Assembly: GCA_001794055.1 (NCBI GenBank)
Contig: MGJB01000015.1
Location: 4,264-68,263 of the forward strand
Reading direction: 5' to 3'
DNA: 64,000 nt
DNA from: Candidatus Yanofskybacteria bacterium RIFCSPHIGHO2_01_FULL_41_26
GTDB taxonomy: Bacteria; Patescibacteriota; Minisyncoccia; 2-02-FULL-40-12; GWA2-44-9
Shown: positions 19,150 through 29,636 of the stretch, one piece after another
How positions within the stretch are numbered: position 1 is the stretch's first letter
Layout: the number at the start of each line of letters is the position of its first letter
Program-made: the position numbers and the translations under genes
Notes under the pieces: generated by a model
Seen by the model: the letters and a program-made list of their open reading frames with translations, nothing else
The model's database searches: none
Told to the model about the DNA's origin: nothing

Positions 19150-19932
19150 TTATACAATTTTAAAATTTATAGTTACTGTAAGTATAACTTCTCTGACCTC
19201 GCCGTCGACAACAACCGGCTCATACTCCCATTTTTTTACCGCTTCAAGCGCAGCCGAATCAAGAAAAGGCACCAACTGAACTATTCTGACATTTTTTATT
19301 TTGCCATTTTTGCCTATTAAAGCTTCGACTATTACCATGCCCTCAATTCTAGCCCTCAACGCATTAATGGGATATTCCGGATGAACATATTTTATTCTTT
19401 TAAGCAGAGTGGGGTTTCCCTTAACTTCAACCGGACCTTTGGGCAACGAACCCGATGATGGATTCTGGCCAACAGTCCCTCCAGGGACACCTCCGGGTAT
19501 TCCTCCTGGAACTCCTTCACCTGCGCCAGGATAATCACTTGCGGTATCATCCTCTGTTTTTTCTTTTAATTTTGTGGGTTCTGGTTTTATTTTTTCCGGC
19601 GCCTCAATTGGAATCGACAAAGTTTTAACTTCCTTGGGTGTTTCGATTTTTTGTTCAACTAATTTTTTTAGAGAATTTTTAGCTCTCGGTTTTGGCCTCG
19701 GCGGAAGCGGCGGAGGTGGCGGTTTAATATTTTTTAAAAAGACTGGAGTCGGTAAACTGGACACAGAATCTGAAAAACGAACCGGCGGTTTGTTTGGGGG
19801 AGTAAAACTAAACCAAACTACCAATACAAGCACATGAACCAGTCCAGAAAAAACTATCAGATACCGAAACTCCTTCCCGTTGCCGACAACCAAAGTGCGA
19901 TGAATGGTATTTTCAAAGAGCCGGTTTTCCAA
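19150..19932 (-). CDS. TonB family energy transducer
   Basis: TM with SxxxH, Pro-rich linker, GVPGG repeats, C-terminal PEYP..A..ARIEG.V.VEALI...LD.AALEAVKKW domain. Confidence 0.88.
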   Translation of the reverse strand: MENRLFENTIHRTLVVGNGKEFRYLIVFSGLVHVLVLVVWFSFTPPNKPPVRFSDSVSSLPTPVFLKNIKPPPPPLPPRPKPRAKNSLKKLVEQKIETPKEVKTLSIPIEAPEKIKPEPTKLKEKTEDDTASDYPGAGEGVPGGIPGGVPGGTVGQNPSSGSLPKGPVEVKGNPTLLKRIKYVHPEYPINALRARIEGMVIVEALIGKNGKIKNVRIVQLVPFLDSAALEAVKKWEYEPVVVDGEVREVILTVTINFKIV

Positions 19933-20154
19933 TTTCGATCCTATGTTTTATACCCGATTACTGACAAGATATCACTAATAACAAAAAACACCAAGAAAGG
20001 TGTTTTTTGTTGGGCCAATCTCTTGTTTTTCAAGTCTTCAGCTATTTACCAAAAGTGGTCTCCGCAGGGCAACTCCAAGGAGTTGCCGTCATATAAGAAA
20101 CCCGAGATAATTATTTGTTCTAAAGCTTGGAAACAAAAGAAGGGCCTATTCTCA

Positions 20155-20628
20155 TTATACTTCATCTTCTGCGTAGTAAAAGTGGATATCCGGCCGGGTA
20201 TAACTGAAAAGCTCGTTTTTTTTAAAGAATATCCCTATTTCTCTCTTTGCTGCTTTTTGATCCTCGGATGAGTGAATAATGGTAGCCGAAGTAGACATGC
20301 TATAATCCCCTCTTATCGTGCCGGGTGGAGCATTTTTACCATCCGTCGATCCGCACATAGTCCGAACTACCCTGATAACATCCAACCCCTCAAGCACAAT
20401 TAATACCACCGGAAGAGATTTCATAAATTTCTTAAGATGCGGCAAAAAATGCTTGCCTTTATGCTGAACGTAGTGTTTATCTAAAAGCAGGTCAGACATC
20501 TTTATCATTTTCATGCCCACCGGCCTTATCCCTTTCTGTTCAAATCTGTCCAAGACCTCACCGACTATCCCCCGATGAACAGCATCTGGTTTCAAAATTA
20601 TAAGTGTTCTTTCTTTTGTTTTATTCAT
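20155..20628 (-). CDS. ndk: Nucleoside diphosphate kinase
   Basis: ERTLIILKPDAV, PGTIRGDY, IIHSS. Confidence 0.93.
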   Translation of the reverse strand: MNKTKERTLIILKPDAVHRGIVGEVLDRFEQKGIRPVGMKMIKMSDLLLDKHYVQHKGKHFLPHLKKFMKSLPVVLIVLEGLDVIRVVRTMCGSTDGKNAPPGTIRGDYSMSTSATIIHSSEDQKAAKREIGIFFKKNELFSYTRPDIHFYYAEDEV

Positions 20629-20695
20629 GTTGGTATTCTACATATTCTACACAAAATTAACAAAAAGAAAAGCCGAGTTAGGCTCGGCGCATTAA

Positions 20696-21862
20696 TTATC
20701 TACTCGGACTAAATCCTGCCTGTTCAGCGTTTTCACAAGCCCTAAGTTGATCATGTAATCCTTCAGCAACTTCAATCAAAATCTCTTGGGTAACAACAGG
20801 TTTATCTCCATTTTTTGCTCTATTTACGGCAGCAAGGGTTGCTCCGACACCAACACCCTCCCCGACAAAAGCAGGTGTCATGCGAGAAGTCGCCTCGCCA
20901 ACTCTTTTCCAATCAATATTGGGATCAAGATATCCTGATGGAACAACAACCTTCAAAAGACGCTCCGTGTCTTCCGGGGTGAAAATGTCGAAATTAATTG
21001 TTTTATCTATCCGTCCCGGTCTTTGAAGCCCTCCCGCAATTTTATCTTTAAAATTTGTAGTAAGGACAACTAAGATTTCAGAGTCTTTTGATGTCATTCC
21101 ATCAATTGCCGACACCATCTTGGTCGTACCATAAAAATCACCCAAGCGTTGCTCTCGATCAAAATCTTCAATAACGAGCATAGCCGGAGGGTATTTTTTA
21201 CATAATTGGAGCATAAATTCAACTGCTCCAGACGCATCCTGACTCGTTGGTTCCAGATAATAAACAGTGAATCCATTTTCAATACCAAGCTTTGCCGCCA
21301 CAAGAGCAGCCATTGTTTTTCCTGTTCCAAATCTACCTTGAAATAAAACCTTGCGCCTAATACGCACACCGTCTCGGCGTAATTGTTCTGTCTTTTGCAT
21401 TAAGACGAAAAGATTGTCTTTCAATTCTTGCAACACTCTCGGATTATAGACAAGCGCATCTAAATCAACCTTACTCAAGTCCATAAATCCTCTTGAAGAT
21501 GTCACGGCCTTGCCCTTATACAGACTGGTGGTTTTCAGACTTGTTTTAACATTGTCCATAAAAGACTCTGCCTTGGCAATTTCGTTTTTATCTACAAAGG
21601 CTTGGATGGTCGAGCCGTCTAAAACAAAATCTCCTTCAATCCCCTTTATTCTCATCTGGCCCATGACGATCTTCTCTTCCTGATTTAGTCCGACTTTCAC
21701 CGTTGAAAAAGCGACGGGATTTCTTGGCAACCAGAACTTATCCTTGGTACCAAAAAATGGATCCGGGCCAAACATCGCCTTAGCAGTATTATTGAACGCC
21801 ACGGCTAAATCGATAGAATCATATTCAAAACCTCGCACAATAACAACCTTCTCTTTGGTCAT
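20696..21862 (-). CDS. AAA+ ATPase
   Basis: Walker A GRFGTGKT, Walker B LVIEDFD, TTN sensor, RPGRID; SD before ATG at 21862. Confidence 0.88.
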   Translation of the reverse strand: MTKEKVVIVRGFEYDSIDLAVAFNNTAKAMFGPDPFFGTKDKFWLPRNPVAFSTVKVGLNQEEKIVMGQMRIKGIEGDFVLDGSTIQAFVDKNEIAKAESFMDNVKTSLKTTSLYKGKAVTSSRGFMDLSKVDLDALVYNPRVLQELKDNLFVLMQKTEQLRRDGVRIRRKVLFQGRFGTGKTMAALVAAKLGIENGFTVYYLEPTSQDASGAVEFMLQLCKKYPPAMLVIEDFDREQRLGDFYGTTKMVSAIDGMTSKDSEILVVLTTNFKDKIAGGLQRPGRIDKTINFDIFTPEDTERLLKVVVPSGYLDPNIDWKRVGEATSRMTPAFVGEGVGVGATLAAVNRAKNGDKPVVTQEILIEVAEGLHDQLRACENAEQAGFSPSR

Positions 21863-21985
21863 TGCAGTTTCCTTGTAAAAATACGATTTCAACTATTGTG
21901 CCATTAATTTAAAAAAATGCAAGCTTTAATTAGATCCGAGTAAATAAAAAGAAAAGCCGCCCAATAGACGGCAAAGACCAGAGAA

Positions 21986-23170
21986 TTAGAACATCACCCT
22001 GATATTGCAATATACCTTATCGTTTTTTCCGTTATCTTCGATATCGCGTTTATAGAAACCACCGAATCTGATGTTATCGACTGGAAAATAGGTAAGTGCT
22101 CCTGTCAGCCACTCCTTACCAGTACCAACTATATTTCCGGAAACAATATTGTCATAGAGAACTGCCGGTTGCCACCGATTGTTCAGCATATAGGAGACAG
22201 TGAAACCGTAGCCGAGAAATCCGTCAGACTTAACATTGTTGCCCACCAGAAGATAGTTGTCCTCATGTCCTACTCTAGCGGCGGCTTGAAGATCAAGTTG
22301 TCCGGCACGCAAGTTAAAGGCTGGGATCACCCAACGAAAATTATTATCCACCTGAGAATCCTTTCCCCCATTCTTAACATCGGTTCCTTCGTAATAGGTC
22401 ACTGAAAAGTTGGTACCATCGATCGGTTTGACATCGATGTTATATCTGACTCCCAACCAAGTGTTGAGAGTATCATTGCTCGTTGGAGTAACTACTCCGG
22501 ACGATAGACCAGCATAGTAGGTAACTTTCCCCAAGTCGCCATAAAGCATGGCGCCGGGACGGGCAGAAGAAGCGTTTACCGAAGCCTCGCCCTTGCCGCG
22601 TGATGGCTTGATGCCAAAGAATTCGTTCTGCTCGGGCGGAATGATCCTAAGGCGATTTGAGAATGAAGAATGATCCAACGGTGACAGATTGCCGATAGTC
22701 ACATTAAGAGCTTTTGTTCCAAACAAATTGTGAAAGCCAAATTTGTACCACGAAAAATGTGCACCGCTGGTAGTAATTTCGTTCTCAATAAAGATCGAGA
22801 TATTTTTGGTAATCGCGCCGGCTACAAAAAACTGCAGCCAGTTGGGATTGCCATAAACAACAGTCCTGCTCGAAACATGGGCGGAAACCGGAGTAATATT
22901 CAATCTCAATCCAAGAATGTCGGTAACGTTATCCAAAGACAAACGTTCTCCAATCTTGGTCTTGCCGGTAATAGCTCCATCCATATCACCAGGCACTTGA
23001 TAGCCGTTTCGCATGAATTCTTCACCGAATGAGTTGAGTCTGGGAAATCCTTGGTGGCACAAGCTGCATTCCGCCTTATACTTCCTCGCCCATTGCGAGG
23101 TTGCCAATACTGTACTGGGCCAAATAACCCCACACAGAACAAGAAGTCCGACTGACACGAGTTTCCTCAT
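21986..23170 (-). CDS. Cyc2-like monoheme cytochrome c/beta-barrel porin fusion
   Basis: Signal peptide, then WARKYKAECSLCHQGFPRLNSFGEEF..NGY; amphipathic beta-strands; terminal Phe. Confidence 0.78.
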   Translation of the reverse strand: MRKLVSVGLLVLCGVIWPSTVLATSQWARKYKAECSLCHQGFPRLNSFGEEFMRNGYQVPGDMDGAITGKTKIGERLSLDNVTDILGLRLNITPVSAHVSSRTVVYGNPNWLQFFVAGAITKNISIFIENEITTSGAHFSWYKFGFHNLFGTKALNVTIGNLSPLDHSSFSNRLRIIPPEQNEFFGIKPSRGKGEASVNASSARPGAMLYGDLGKVTYYAGLSSGVVTPTSNDTLNTWLGVRYNIDVKPIDGTNFSVTYYEGTDVKNGGKDSQVDNNFRWVIPAFNLRAGQLDLQAAARVGHEDNYLLVGNNVKSDGFLGYGFTVSYMLNNRWQPAVLYDNIVSGNIVGTGKEWLTGALTYFPVDNIRFGGFYKRDIEDNGKNDKVYCNIRVMF

Positions 23171-23275
23171 GGTCTCCTTTCGTTTGCTTAAAGATCTGTT
23201 GAACCCGGGAGATATTCCCAAATTCAACCAAAAGCCATCATACATCACGCTGAATAATTTTGTCAACCTTGGTAA

Positions 23276-23893
23276 TTAAGGCAAACCGCTCCAGCTTTTA
23301 TATTCCTTTCTCAAGCGTTCCAATTCATATGAGCTAATATTGTTATACACATCCAACCAATTAGTGCTTATCGCTTTCTGAGCAAAACTTAAACCAATAT
23401 TTCCCAGACAAACCTGTTCATGCAAGTAATTCTCAACAAGATCTTTTTCGCGAAAACCAGGTCCGCCAGCTGGCGGATCCGCCGCTTCGGGAAATAAATT
23501 CGCGATATCATTATTTCCTCCGAGAGCTAGCGGTATGAAGTGATCCGTTTCATATGAACCGAATGGCGGCGGATATGCCACTCCGTATTCCCTGTAAACT
23601 TTCTTTTTCAACGATACCGATACCGCCCGCACGGTTTTGGTATACCCCTTAACACAAATCTGTTCTCTTGTAACATTAGGAAATACCGCTCCGGGCGTAC
23701 ATTGCGGATCAGGCAAACTGCCGTTAATAATACAATTAAACGTTTTTGTCCGGACGGCTAACTGGAGTGGTTCCTCAACTATCGCCTTCTGAAAATTGAC
23801 GGAAACTACTGAATCCTGTCCAGCATAATATGCCGTCATGCCGGCAACGAAAAAAGCTATTCCGAACCATAGTGATTTTTTTGAAATTTTCAT
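23276..23893 (-). CDS. Membrane-anchored/secreted HNH-like protein
   Basis: N-terminal TM; YETDHFIPLALGG..DIANLFPE motif. Confidence 0.7.
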   Translation of the reverse strand: MKISKKSLWFGIAFFVAGMTAYYAGQDSVVSVNFQKAIVEEPLQLAVRTKTFNCIINGSLPDPQCTPGAVFPNVTREQICVKGYTKTVRAVSVSLKKKVYREYGVAYPPPFGSYETDHFIPLALGGNNDIANLFPEAADPPAGGPGFREKDLVENYLHEQVCLGNIGLSFAQKAISTNWLDVYNNISSYELERLRKEYKSWSGLP

Positions 23894-25410
23894 TTATTCC
23901 TTCTTAATCTCCAAATTACAAATATGATAATCGCATATGCGCCAACAAGCGTAAACCATTTTATTGAAACATTAATTGCCGCAAACGACAACGAACCAAA
24001 CCATTTTATTACTTCTAATTGATACGTCCCTAAACCCAAAACAAGAAGACCGATTGCCCGTCCCAGCGGAGCAAAAATCATTCCGCCGACACCGGCTAAA
24101 AAACCAAAAAGCATTGTGAGAGGCATTAGTGGCAAAACCAAAACGTTGGCCAGCAAAGAAACAAGCGAAACTTGGTGAAAATAATAAATAATGAGCGGAA
24201 ACACAAGTGTTTGGGCAGAAATTGTCATTAATAATGATTCTTTCAATCCGGCTACTTCCGGAATTTTTTTGGCCCTCATTTCCATGGCAGGGTAAAAATA
24301 AATTAATCCAAGAACGGCGAGGAAAGACAACTGAAATCCAATATCAAAAACCAGAACAAACGGATTAAAAAATACCATCAGTCCGGCTGCCAACGCAATT
24401 CCGTTTCGGGCATCATAAAGCCGACCATAGCCATTCGCAAAAAGCAGGAGCAACCCCATTGTGGCGGCTCTGACTACAGAAGCGGAGGCTCCGGTTAAAA
24501 TTGTAAAAAACAAAATAACAACTACCGAAATCCAGAAGGCGCGCCTACGCCGCATTACTAACACAAGCGCCGCCAACAACGACTCGGCAATGATGGTTAT
24601 GTTATACCCCGAGATGGCCAAGATGTGGGAGGTGCTTGTTTTATTAAAGGCGTCTTTAATTGATTGGGGAATATCCTGACGGCTCCCCAACAGGATGCCG
24701 TTGATATAAGCCGCGTATGGCTCAGTTATAGATTTTTTTACCGCCAGTTCAAATCTGTCTTTAAGTCCAAATATTTTTTTGTACAAACTTATTTTTGTTC
24801 TCTCGAAAAATTCTAACTCATAATACGCCAAGGTGTCGTGAGCTGCATTAACCTTCGGAAAAGACATGATCGTGCGGACATCTTTGTTTTTGAGATATTG
24901 AATATAATCAAAGCCGCTGAAATTTTGCGGCATTTCTAAAAAACCGGTAATCGAAAGCCTGTCCCCGAATTGGCGTGCTGGAAAAGAATTCGTCCTTATT
25001 AAGGTCCGTTCGTTAACATTAAAAATTTTATCCGATACAACCAATTCCATTACCCTGAATATAAATTGAGATTTAAGTCCATTTACATCCGGCTCGTTGT
25101 CTACATAACCGTTAAGAATGACTTGGATGCCCTTTCCTCCGACTTCCACGTCAGCAAATTGATTTAAAATACTGTTGTCCAAATTAAACGAATTAAATCT
25201 AATAATGCCAAAAACAGTCGCGATAAGAATCGCTCCGGCAAGTAATCCTCTTCTAGAATATGCTCTGCGGTAACCTGAAACCGCAATCAACCCAATCGCA
25301 AAAATTAAAAAAACGAGTATCCATGTTTGAGATATCAGCAGAAATGAAGCAACAAAAACCCCGACCAAAAAAGCAACAATAAGATAAAACAAAATCTGGG
25401 ATTTATGCAT
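23890..25410 (-). CDS. comEC: ComEC/Rec2 competence protein (no metallo-beta-lactamase domain)
   Basis: HILAISGYN, ASVVRA, GFQLSFLA motifs. Confidence 0.92.
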   Translation of the reverse strand: MHKSQILFYLIVAFLVGVFVASFLLISQTWILVFLIFAIGLIAVSGYRRAYSRRGLLAGAILIATVFGIIRFNSFNLDNSILNQFADVEVGGKGIQVILNGYVDNEPDVNGLKSQFIFRVMELVVSDKIFNVNERTLIRTNSFPARQFGDRLSITGFLEMPQNFSGFDYIQYLKNKDVRTIMSFPKVNAAHDTLAYYELEFFERTKISLYKKIFGLKDRFELAVKKSITEPYAAYINGILLGSRQDIPQSIKDAFNKTSTSHILAISGYNITIIAESLLAALVLVMRRRRAFWISVVVILFFTILTGASASVVRAATMGLLLLFANGYGRLYDARNGIALAAGLMVFFNPFVLVFDIGFQLSFLAVLGLIYFYPAMEMRAKKIPEVAGLKESLLMTISAQTLVFPLIIYYFHQVSLVSLLANVLVLPLMPLTMLFGFLAGVGGMIFAPLGRAIGLLVLGLGTYQLEVIKWFGSLSFAAINVSIKWFTLVGAYAIIIFVIWRLRRNK

Positions 25411-25700
25411 CAAAAAATCGTATCAGGAATTATAAAAAGACTCCAGACGTCGCTCCGCTTCCCCACTTTTTTCAGAATCGCCCCTATCTGCCGGCAGACA
25501 GATCGTCAAAGTGACATAAAAAGGCTGAGCTTTTTTACAACCTAGAAAATTGGCAATAATTTATTTTAAATTAGATGCTTTTTGAAACCTTCGAAGTTCT
25601 GGTAAACATATCCCTTGAAACCAAGTTTTTCTGTGTTCCTACAGGCAAGACCTGTAGAAGTTTAAAATGGTAGTGGTTGGAGCTAATTACAATAAAGCAA

Positions 25701-25906
25701 AACCCTGCCCATTTGAGACCGTTTGCCTCCGAGGATAACACGATTATCAAATTATTTGATAATTTACTTAATTCTAATAAATTTTAGCCGGAAAATCCCC
25801 TTGGGAGGAACGGATGCTAAGATTTGTTAAGTAAATTGAGAATAATTTGATAATCTGTCCGAAGGAGACCGAAGGCGCAGGCAATAGGTCGAGAATGGAT
25901 GGGGTT
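25701..25906 (+). repeat. Structured dispersed repeat, family B copy 1, after the nrdJ stop
   Basis: 36 bp at 25856-25891 are the exact reverse complement of 59025-59060; long AT-rich inner stem. Confidence 0.8.
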
Positions 25907-25911
25907 GAGCA

Positions 25912-28695
25912 TTAATTACACACCCCTGTCGTGGCGAAACAATTTGGGCATGAATAGCATGAGCCGGCGCGAACCATGAGCGTTCCACATTGGACGCAAG
26001 CTGGAGCATCTGCAATTAAAACATGTCCGGGGGCCTTGTTGTTTCCGCCAACAGAAGTAGAAGCAAGAGGCTTAGAAACCAGTTCAGCAAGCAACGAATC
26101 ACTCTTAGATTCATGGGCAACCGCCTCTTTTATCTCAACGGGCTCCATGGAAGCATGATCGGGTCCGAATAATTCTTCTCTATCCTCCGGCTTCAGATAT
26201 TTCATTCCTAAATATCTGAAAACATAATCCGTTACGGATTTAGCTGTTGGAATGTTCGGATTATTCGTAAAACCGGCAGGATCAAATCTTACGTCTTTAA
26301 ATTTTCTCACCAGTGTCTTTAGAGGGACTCCGGATTGAAGACAGACTGATATAAGCGTAGCAATAGTATTGAACAATCCTGATATTGTGCTCCCCTCTTT
26401 GGCCGCGATTAAAAATGTTTCTCCGGGTTTCATGGTATCGGGATAGAATCCGACCGTAAGATAACTTTCAAACCCTCCGACATTGAATTTATGAGTGATA
26501 GATGGTCTTTCGTCGGGTAGTTTAATTCTCGTATAGCCGTTAACTTTTTCTATAAATTGATTGTTCTCTTCTTTTTTGGTGTTTAAGGGTTGGATTGATT
26601 TGGAACCGTCGCGATATACAGCGATAGCTTTCAATCCTAAACGCCAGCCCTCCATGAAAACATTTTTAATATCATCCACCATGGCCTCAGCCGGCAAATT
26701 GACGGTCTTAGATATCGCTCCGGAAATAAACGGTTGAGCGGCGGCCATCATTTTCACATGGCCCATATAATGAATACTTCTCTTACCGTTTTGGGCTTTG
26801 AACGAGCAGTCAAAAACTGATATGTGTTCCTCTTTCAAATGTGGAGCGCCTTCTATGGTTTCTTTTTCCAATAAGTAGTTGGATATTTCTTCTGTCTGTT
26901 CATTTGAATAGCCCAATCTCCTCAAAGACAAGGGGATGTGATTATTAACCAGCTTCAAAGTGCCTCCTCCAACCAGCTTCTTATATTTAACGAGAGCAAG
27001 TTCCGGCTCGATCCCAGTAGTATCGCAATCCATTAAAAAAGCAATTGTTCCGGTCGGTGCCAATACTGTCATTTGGGAATTTCGTATGCCATACTTCCTT
27101 CCAAGATCCAAAGCATCGTGCCACACAAGACGGGAAACCGTCTGCAAATCTCTATCTTCAACTCCCAATATTTCTGAAGCTTCAAATAATTTTTCCGACT
27201 CGCCAAGATGTTTTGCCACAACTCTCAATGTTGGTTCACGATTTAATTCATATCCAGCAAAAGGCCCTTTAATATCCGATAAAACAGCCGACATTCTGTA
27301 AGCCTCTCCGCACATTAGAGATGTTATTTGGCCAGCCAGAATCCTTCCTTTTTCCGAGTCATAAGGAAGACCTAAAACCATTAAGGTTGCTCCAAGATTT
27401 GCGTAGCCTAGACCAAGTTGTCGAAAATTTCTAGAATTTTCACCTATCTTTTCTGTTGGATACGAGGCGTTGTCTACAATTATATCCTGAGCGGTAATCA
27501 TTACATCAACCGCCTTTCGAAACAATTCAACATCAAATTTTCCGCCCATTTTCAAAAATTTAACCAAATTCAAAGAAGCCAGGTTACAAGCGCTATTATC
27601 CAAATGCATATATTCACTACACGGATTGGAAGCGTTTATTCTTCCCGTATTAGGGCAAGTGTGCCATTCATTAATAGTAGTATCATACTGCATGCCCGGA
27701 TCAGCACTATGCCAGGCCGCATCGGCAATCCAGTCCATCAATTCTCTTGCTTTTATAGTTTCCACAATTCCACCGGTAGTAACGCCGATTAAGTTCCAAT
27801 AGCCATCAGCTTGCACCGCTCTCATGAATTCATCATTCACCCTGACTGAGTTATTGGCGTTCTGATATGGCAACAATGTGTAGGGATCAAAAATGTCAGC
27901 AGTAATTGAATCTTTAATTCCGCTGCTGATAAGCGCTTTGGTCATATCCTCAATTATTTTTTTGCAATAAACAAAATTCTTTATATCTGGGTGATCGGCA
28001 TTCAAAACAACCATCTTAGCTGCCCGCCGAGTAGTCCCGCCAGAACGAATCGAATTAGCAACTCCATCGGCCCCTTTCATAAATGAAACCGGACCGGATG
28101 AATAACCACCTTTTGACAAAGGCTCCTTGGATGAACGGAGCTTGGAAAGATTTGTACCGGCGCCAGAACCATATTTGAATATCCAACCCTCATCACGATA
28201 CCAGTCAAGAATTGATTGCATGTTGTCTTCTACGGCCAAAATAAAACAAGCTGAACACTGAGGACGTTCATGAACGCCGACATTAAACCAAATTGGACTG
28301 TTAAAGGCCGCATATTGATTTATCAATATCCAAGTCAGATCTAAAATAAAGTTTTCACAATCTTCAGATGAAGCAAAATAATCGTCTTTGAGTCCCCAGT
28401 AGCCGATCGTCTTTGCCACTCGGTCAATCATCTGTTTGGCGCTGTACTCTCTATCTTGAGTGCCAAGTTGACCTCTGAAATATTTAGAAGCGACAATATC
28501 CGTGGCCGTCTGACTCCAAAAACTTGGAACCTCAACGTCTTTCTGTTCAAAAACAACCGTTCCGTCACCTTTAGTGATCTTGGCCGTTCTTGTTTCCCAA
28601 ATAATTTCGTCATACGGATGTTTGGAACCAAAAAAACGAGGCCACTTAAGACCGCGTTCAGCTAAACCATTGTCAGTAAATAAATTTTCTTCCAT
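25912..28695 (-). CDS. nrdJ: Class II (adenosylcobalamin-dependent) ribonucleotide reductase with TSCPD-like and Zn-ribbon tail
   Basis: QCSACF, GGTTRRAAKM, SNPCSEY, APTGT, ISKTVN, C-terminal CxxC..CxxC. Confidence 0.95.
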   Translation of the reverse strand: MEENLFTDNGLAERGLKWPRFFGSKHPYDEIIWETRTAKITKGDGTVVFEQKDVEVPSFWSQTATDIVASKYFRGQLGTQDREYSAKQMIDRVAKTIGYWGLKDDYFASSEDCENFILDLTWILINQYAAFNSPIWFNVGVHERPQCSACFILAVEDNMQSILDWYRDEGWIFKYGSGAGTNLSKLRSSKEPLSKGGYSSGPVSFMKGADGVANSIRSGGTTRRAAKMVVLNADHPDIKNFVYCKKIIEDMTKALISSGIKDSITADIFDPYTLLPYQNANNSVRVNDEFMRAVQADGYWNLIGVTTGGIVETIKARELMDWIADAAWHSADPGMQYDTTINEWHTCPNTGRINASNPCSEYMHLDNSACNLASLNLVKFLKMGGKFDVELFRKAVDVMITAQDIIVDNASYPTEKIGENSRNFRQLGLGYANLGATLMVLGLPYDSEKGRILAGQITSLMCGEAYRMSAVLSDIKGPFAGYELNREPTLRVVAKHLGESEKLFEASEILGVEDRDLQTVSRLVWHDALDLGRKYGIRNSQMTVLAPTGTIAFLMDCDTTGIEPELALVKYKKLVGGGTLKLVNNHIPLSLRRLGYSNEQTEEISNYLLEKETIEGAPHLKEEHISVFDCSFKAQNGKRSIHYMGHVKMMAAAQPFISGAISKTVNLPAEAMVDDIKNVFMEGWRLGLKAIAVYRDGSKSIQPLNTKKEENNQFIEKVNGYTRIKLPDERPSITHKFNVGGFESYLTVGFYPDTMKPGETFLIAAKEGSTISGLFNTIATLISVCLQSGVPLKTLVRKFKDVRFDPAGFTNNPNIPTAKSVTDYVFRYLGMKYLKPEDREELFGPDHASMEPVEIKEAVAHESKSDSLLAELVSKPLASTSVGGNNKAPGHVLIADAPACVQCGTLMVRAGSCYSCPNCFATTGVCN

Positions 28696-28773
28696 GTATG
28701 TTCCACTATAGAAATTTATTCTATCTTTTTCAACCCCCAAAAAAAGTTGATAAGTTGCGAAAACAAACAGACT

Positions 28774-28988
28774 CGCTCCGCCCTACACCTTATTTCAGCC
28801 CGTTACGATTGCTCCAGCGGCAATCTCCACTTGTCCTCACGACGGCGGGTTCTTCTGTCGTCTCATACTGTGCTTAGATTATCATATTCACATGACGGAA
28901 AGCCTGAACCTTGAATAAATTTTATAACCTACTCCTTCAGAACACCAAGCCCGCCTGTTGCGGGTCTGAAATAAGATGCCGGGCTGCG
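28774..28988. other. ~215-nt stem-closed structured element upstream of nrdJ
   Basis: gccc..caccttatttcagcccg pairs with cgggtctgaaataagatg..gggc; several internal hairpins. Confidence 0.6.
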
Positions 28989-28993
28989 CTTAA

Positions 28994-29512
28994 CTAAATA
29001 CTATTTTCTTTGAGTGCTTTCTCTATGATTTTATTAATAAATTCTGTTTTGCCTGAATTGTATTTATCAAAATCATCTACAAACTCCTCTGCCAGTCGTA
29101 TTTTAAGTTCTTCATAATTTTTTCTAGCCTCGGAATTATTTCTTAGATAATCTCTAAACAATATGTGGTCGCGCCAATATATACTGGTAGGTTCAGTAAG
29201 AGACAGATGATACCAAAGATTCGGAGTTCTTTTTTGGAAGAACTTTCTGTCTGGAGTTTGTTGTTCAAGCTCCGGTGCATATTTATATTCCAAAGTTTCC
29301 AGAGATTCTATATATTTTTTAACAGCATTCAAATTATTAACAGCAGCCATCATATCTATAACCGGTTTTGAATCTAATCCCGGTATGGCAGTGCTCCCCA
29401 TATGCTCTATTCTCAAATCTCCAATTACAGAAATAATTTTCTGTTTTTCTTCTTCAAATAACCTTGGCCAATCTTTAGAGTATTTATCCAGTTTAATTGT
29501 CTTGAGTCCCAT
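28994..29512 (-). CDS. GrpB family protein
   Basis: IEHMGSTAIPGL.SKPVID, FRDYLR, YEELK..LA, Y..GKTEFI. Confidence 0.9.
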   Translation of the reverse strand: MGLKTIKLDKYSKDWPRLFEEEKQKIISVIGDLRIEHMGSTAIPGLDSKPVIDMMAAVNNLNAVKKYIESLETLEYKYAPELEQQTPDRKFFQKRTPNLWYHLSLTEPTSIYWRDHILFRDYLRNNSEARKNYEELKIRLAEEFVDDFDKYNSGKTEFINKIIEKALKENSI

Positions 29513-29636
29513 TAATGTATCTTATATTTCCTATCCCTGAAAGTCTATAGAATACTTAATTGATGTTCAAAACCGAGCTTTGAACATTCTATTTAAAAAC
29601 TCACTGCGTTTTCCAAGTTTGAGACAAAAGCGAAAA

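Noticed and set aside
28774-28988. Cobalamin riboswitch, 6S, SRP or tmRNA call
   Set aside because: Diagnostic motifs could not be found by eye on either strand; kept only as an unidentified structure.
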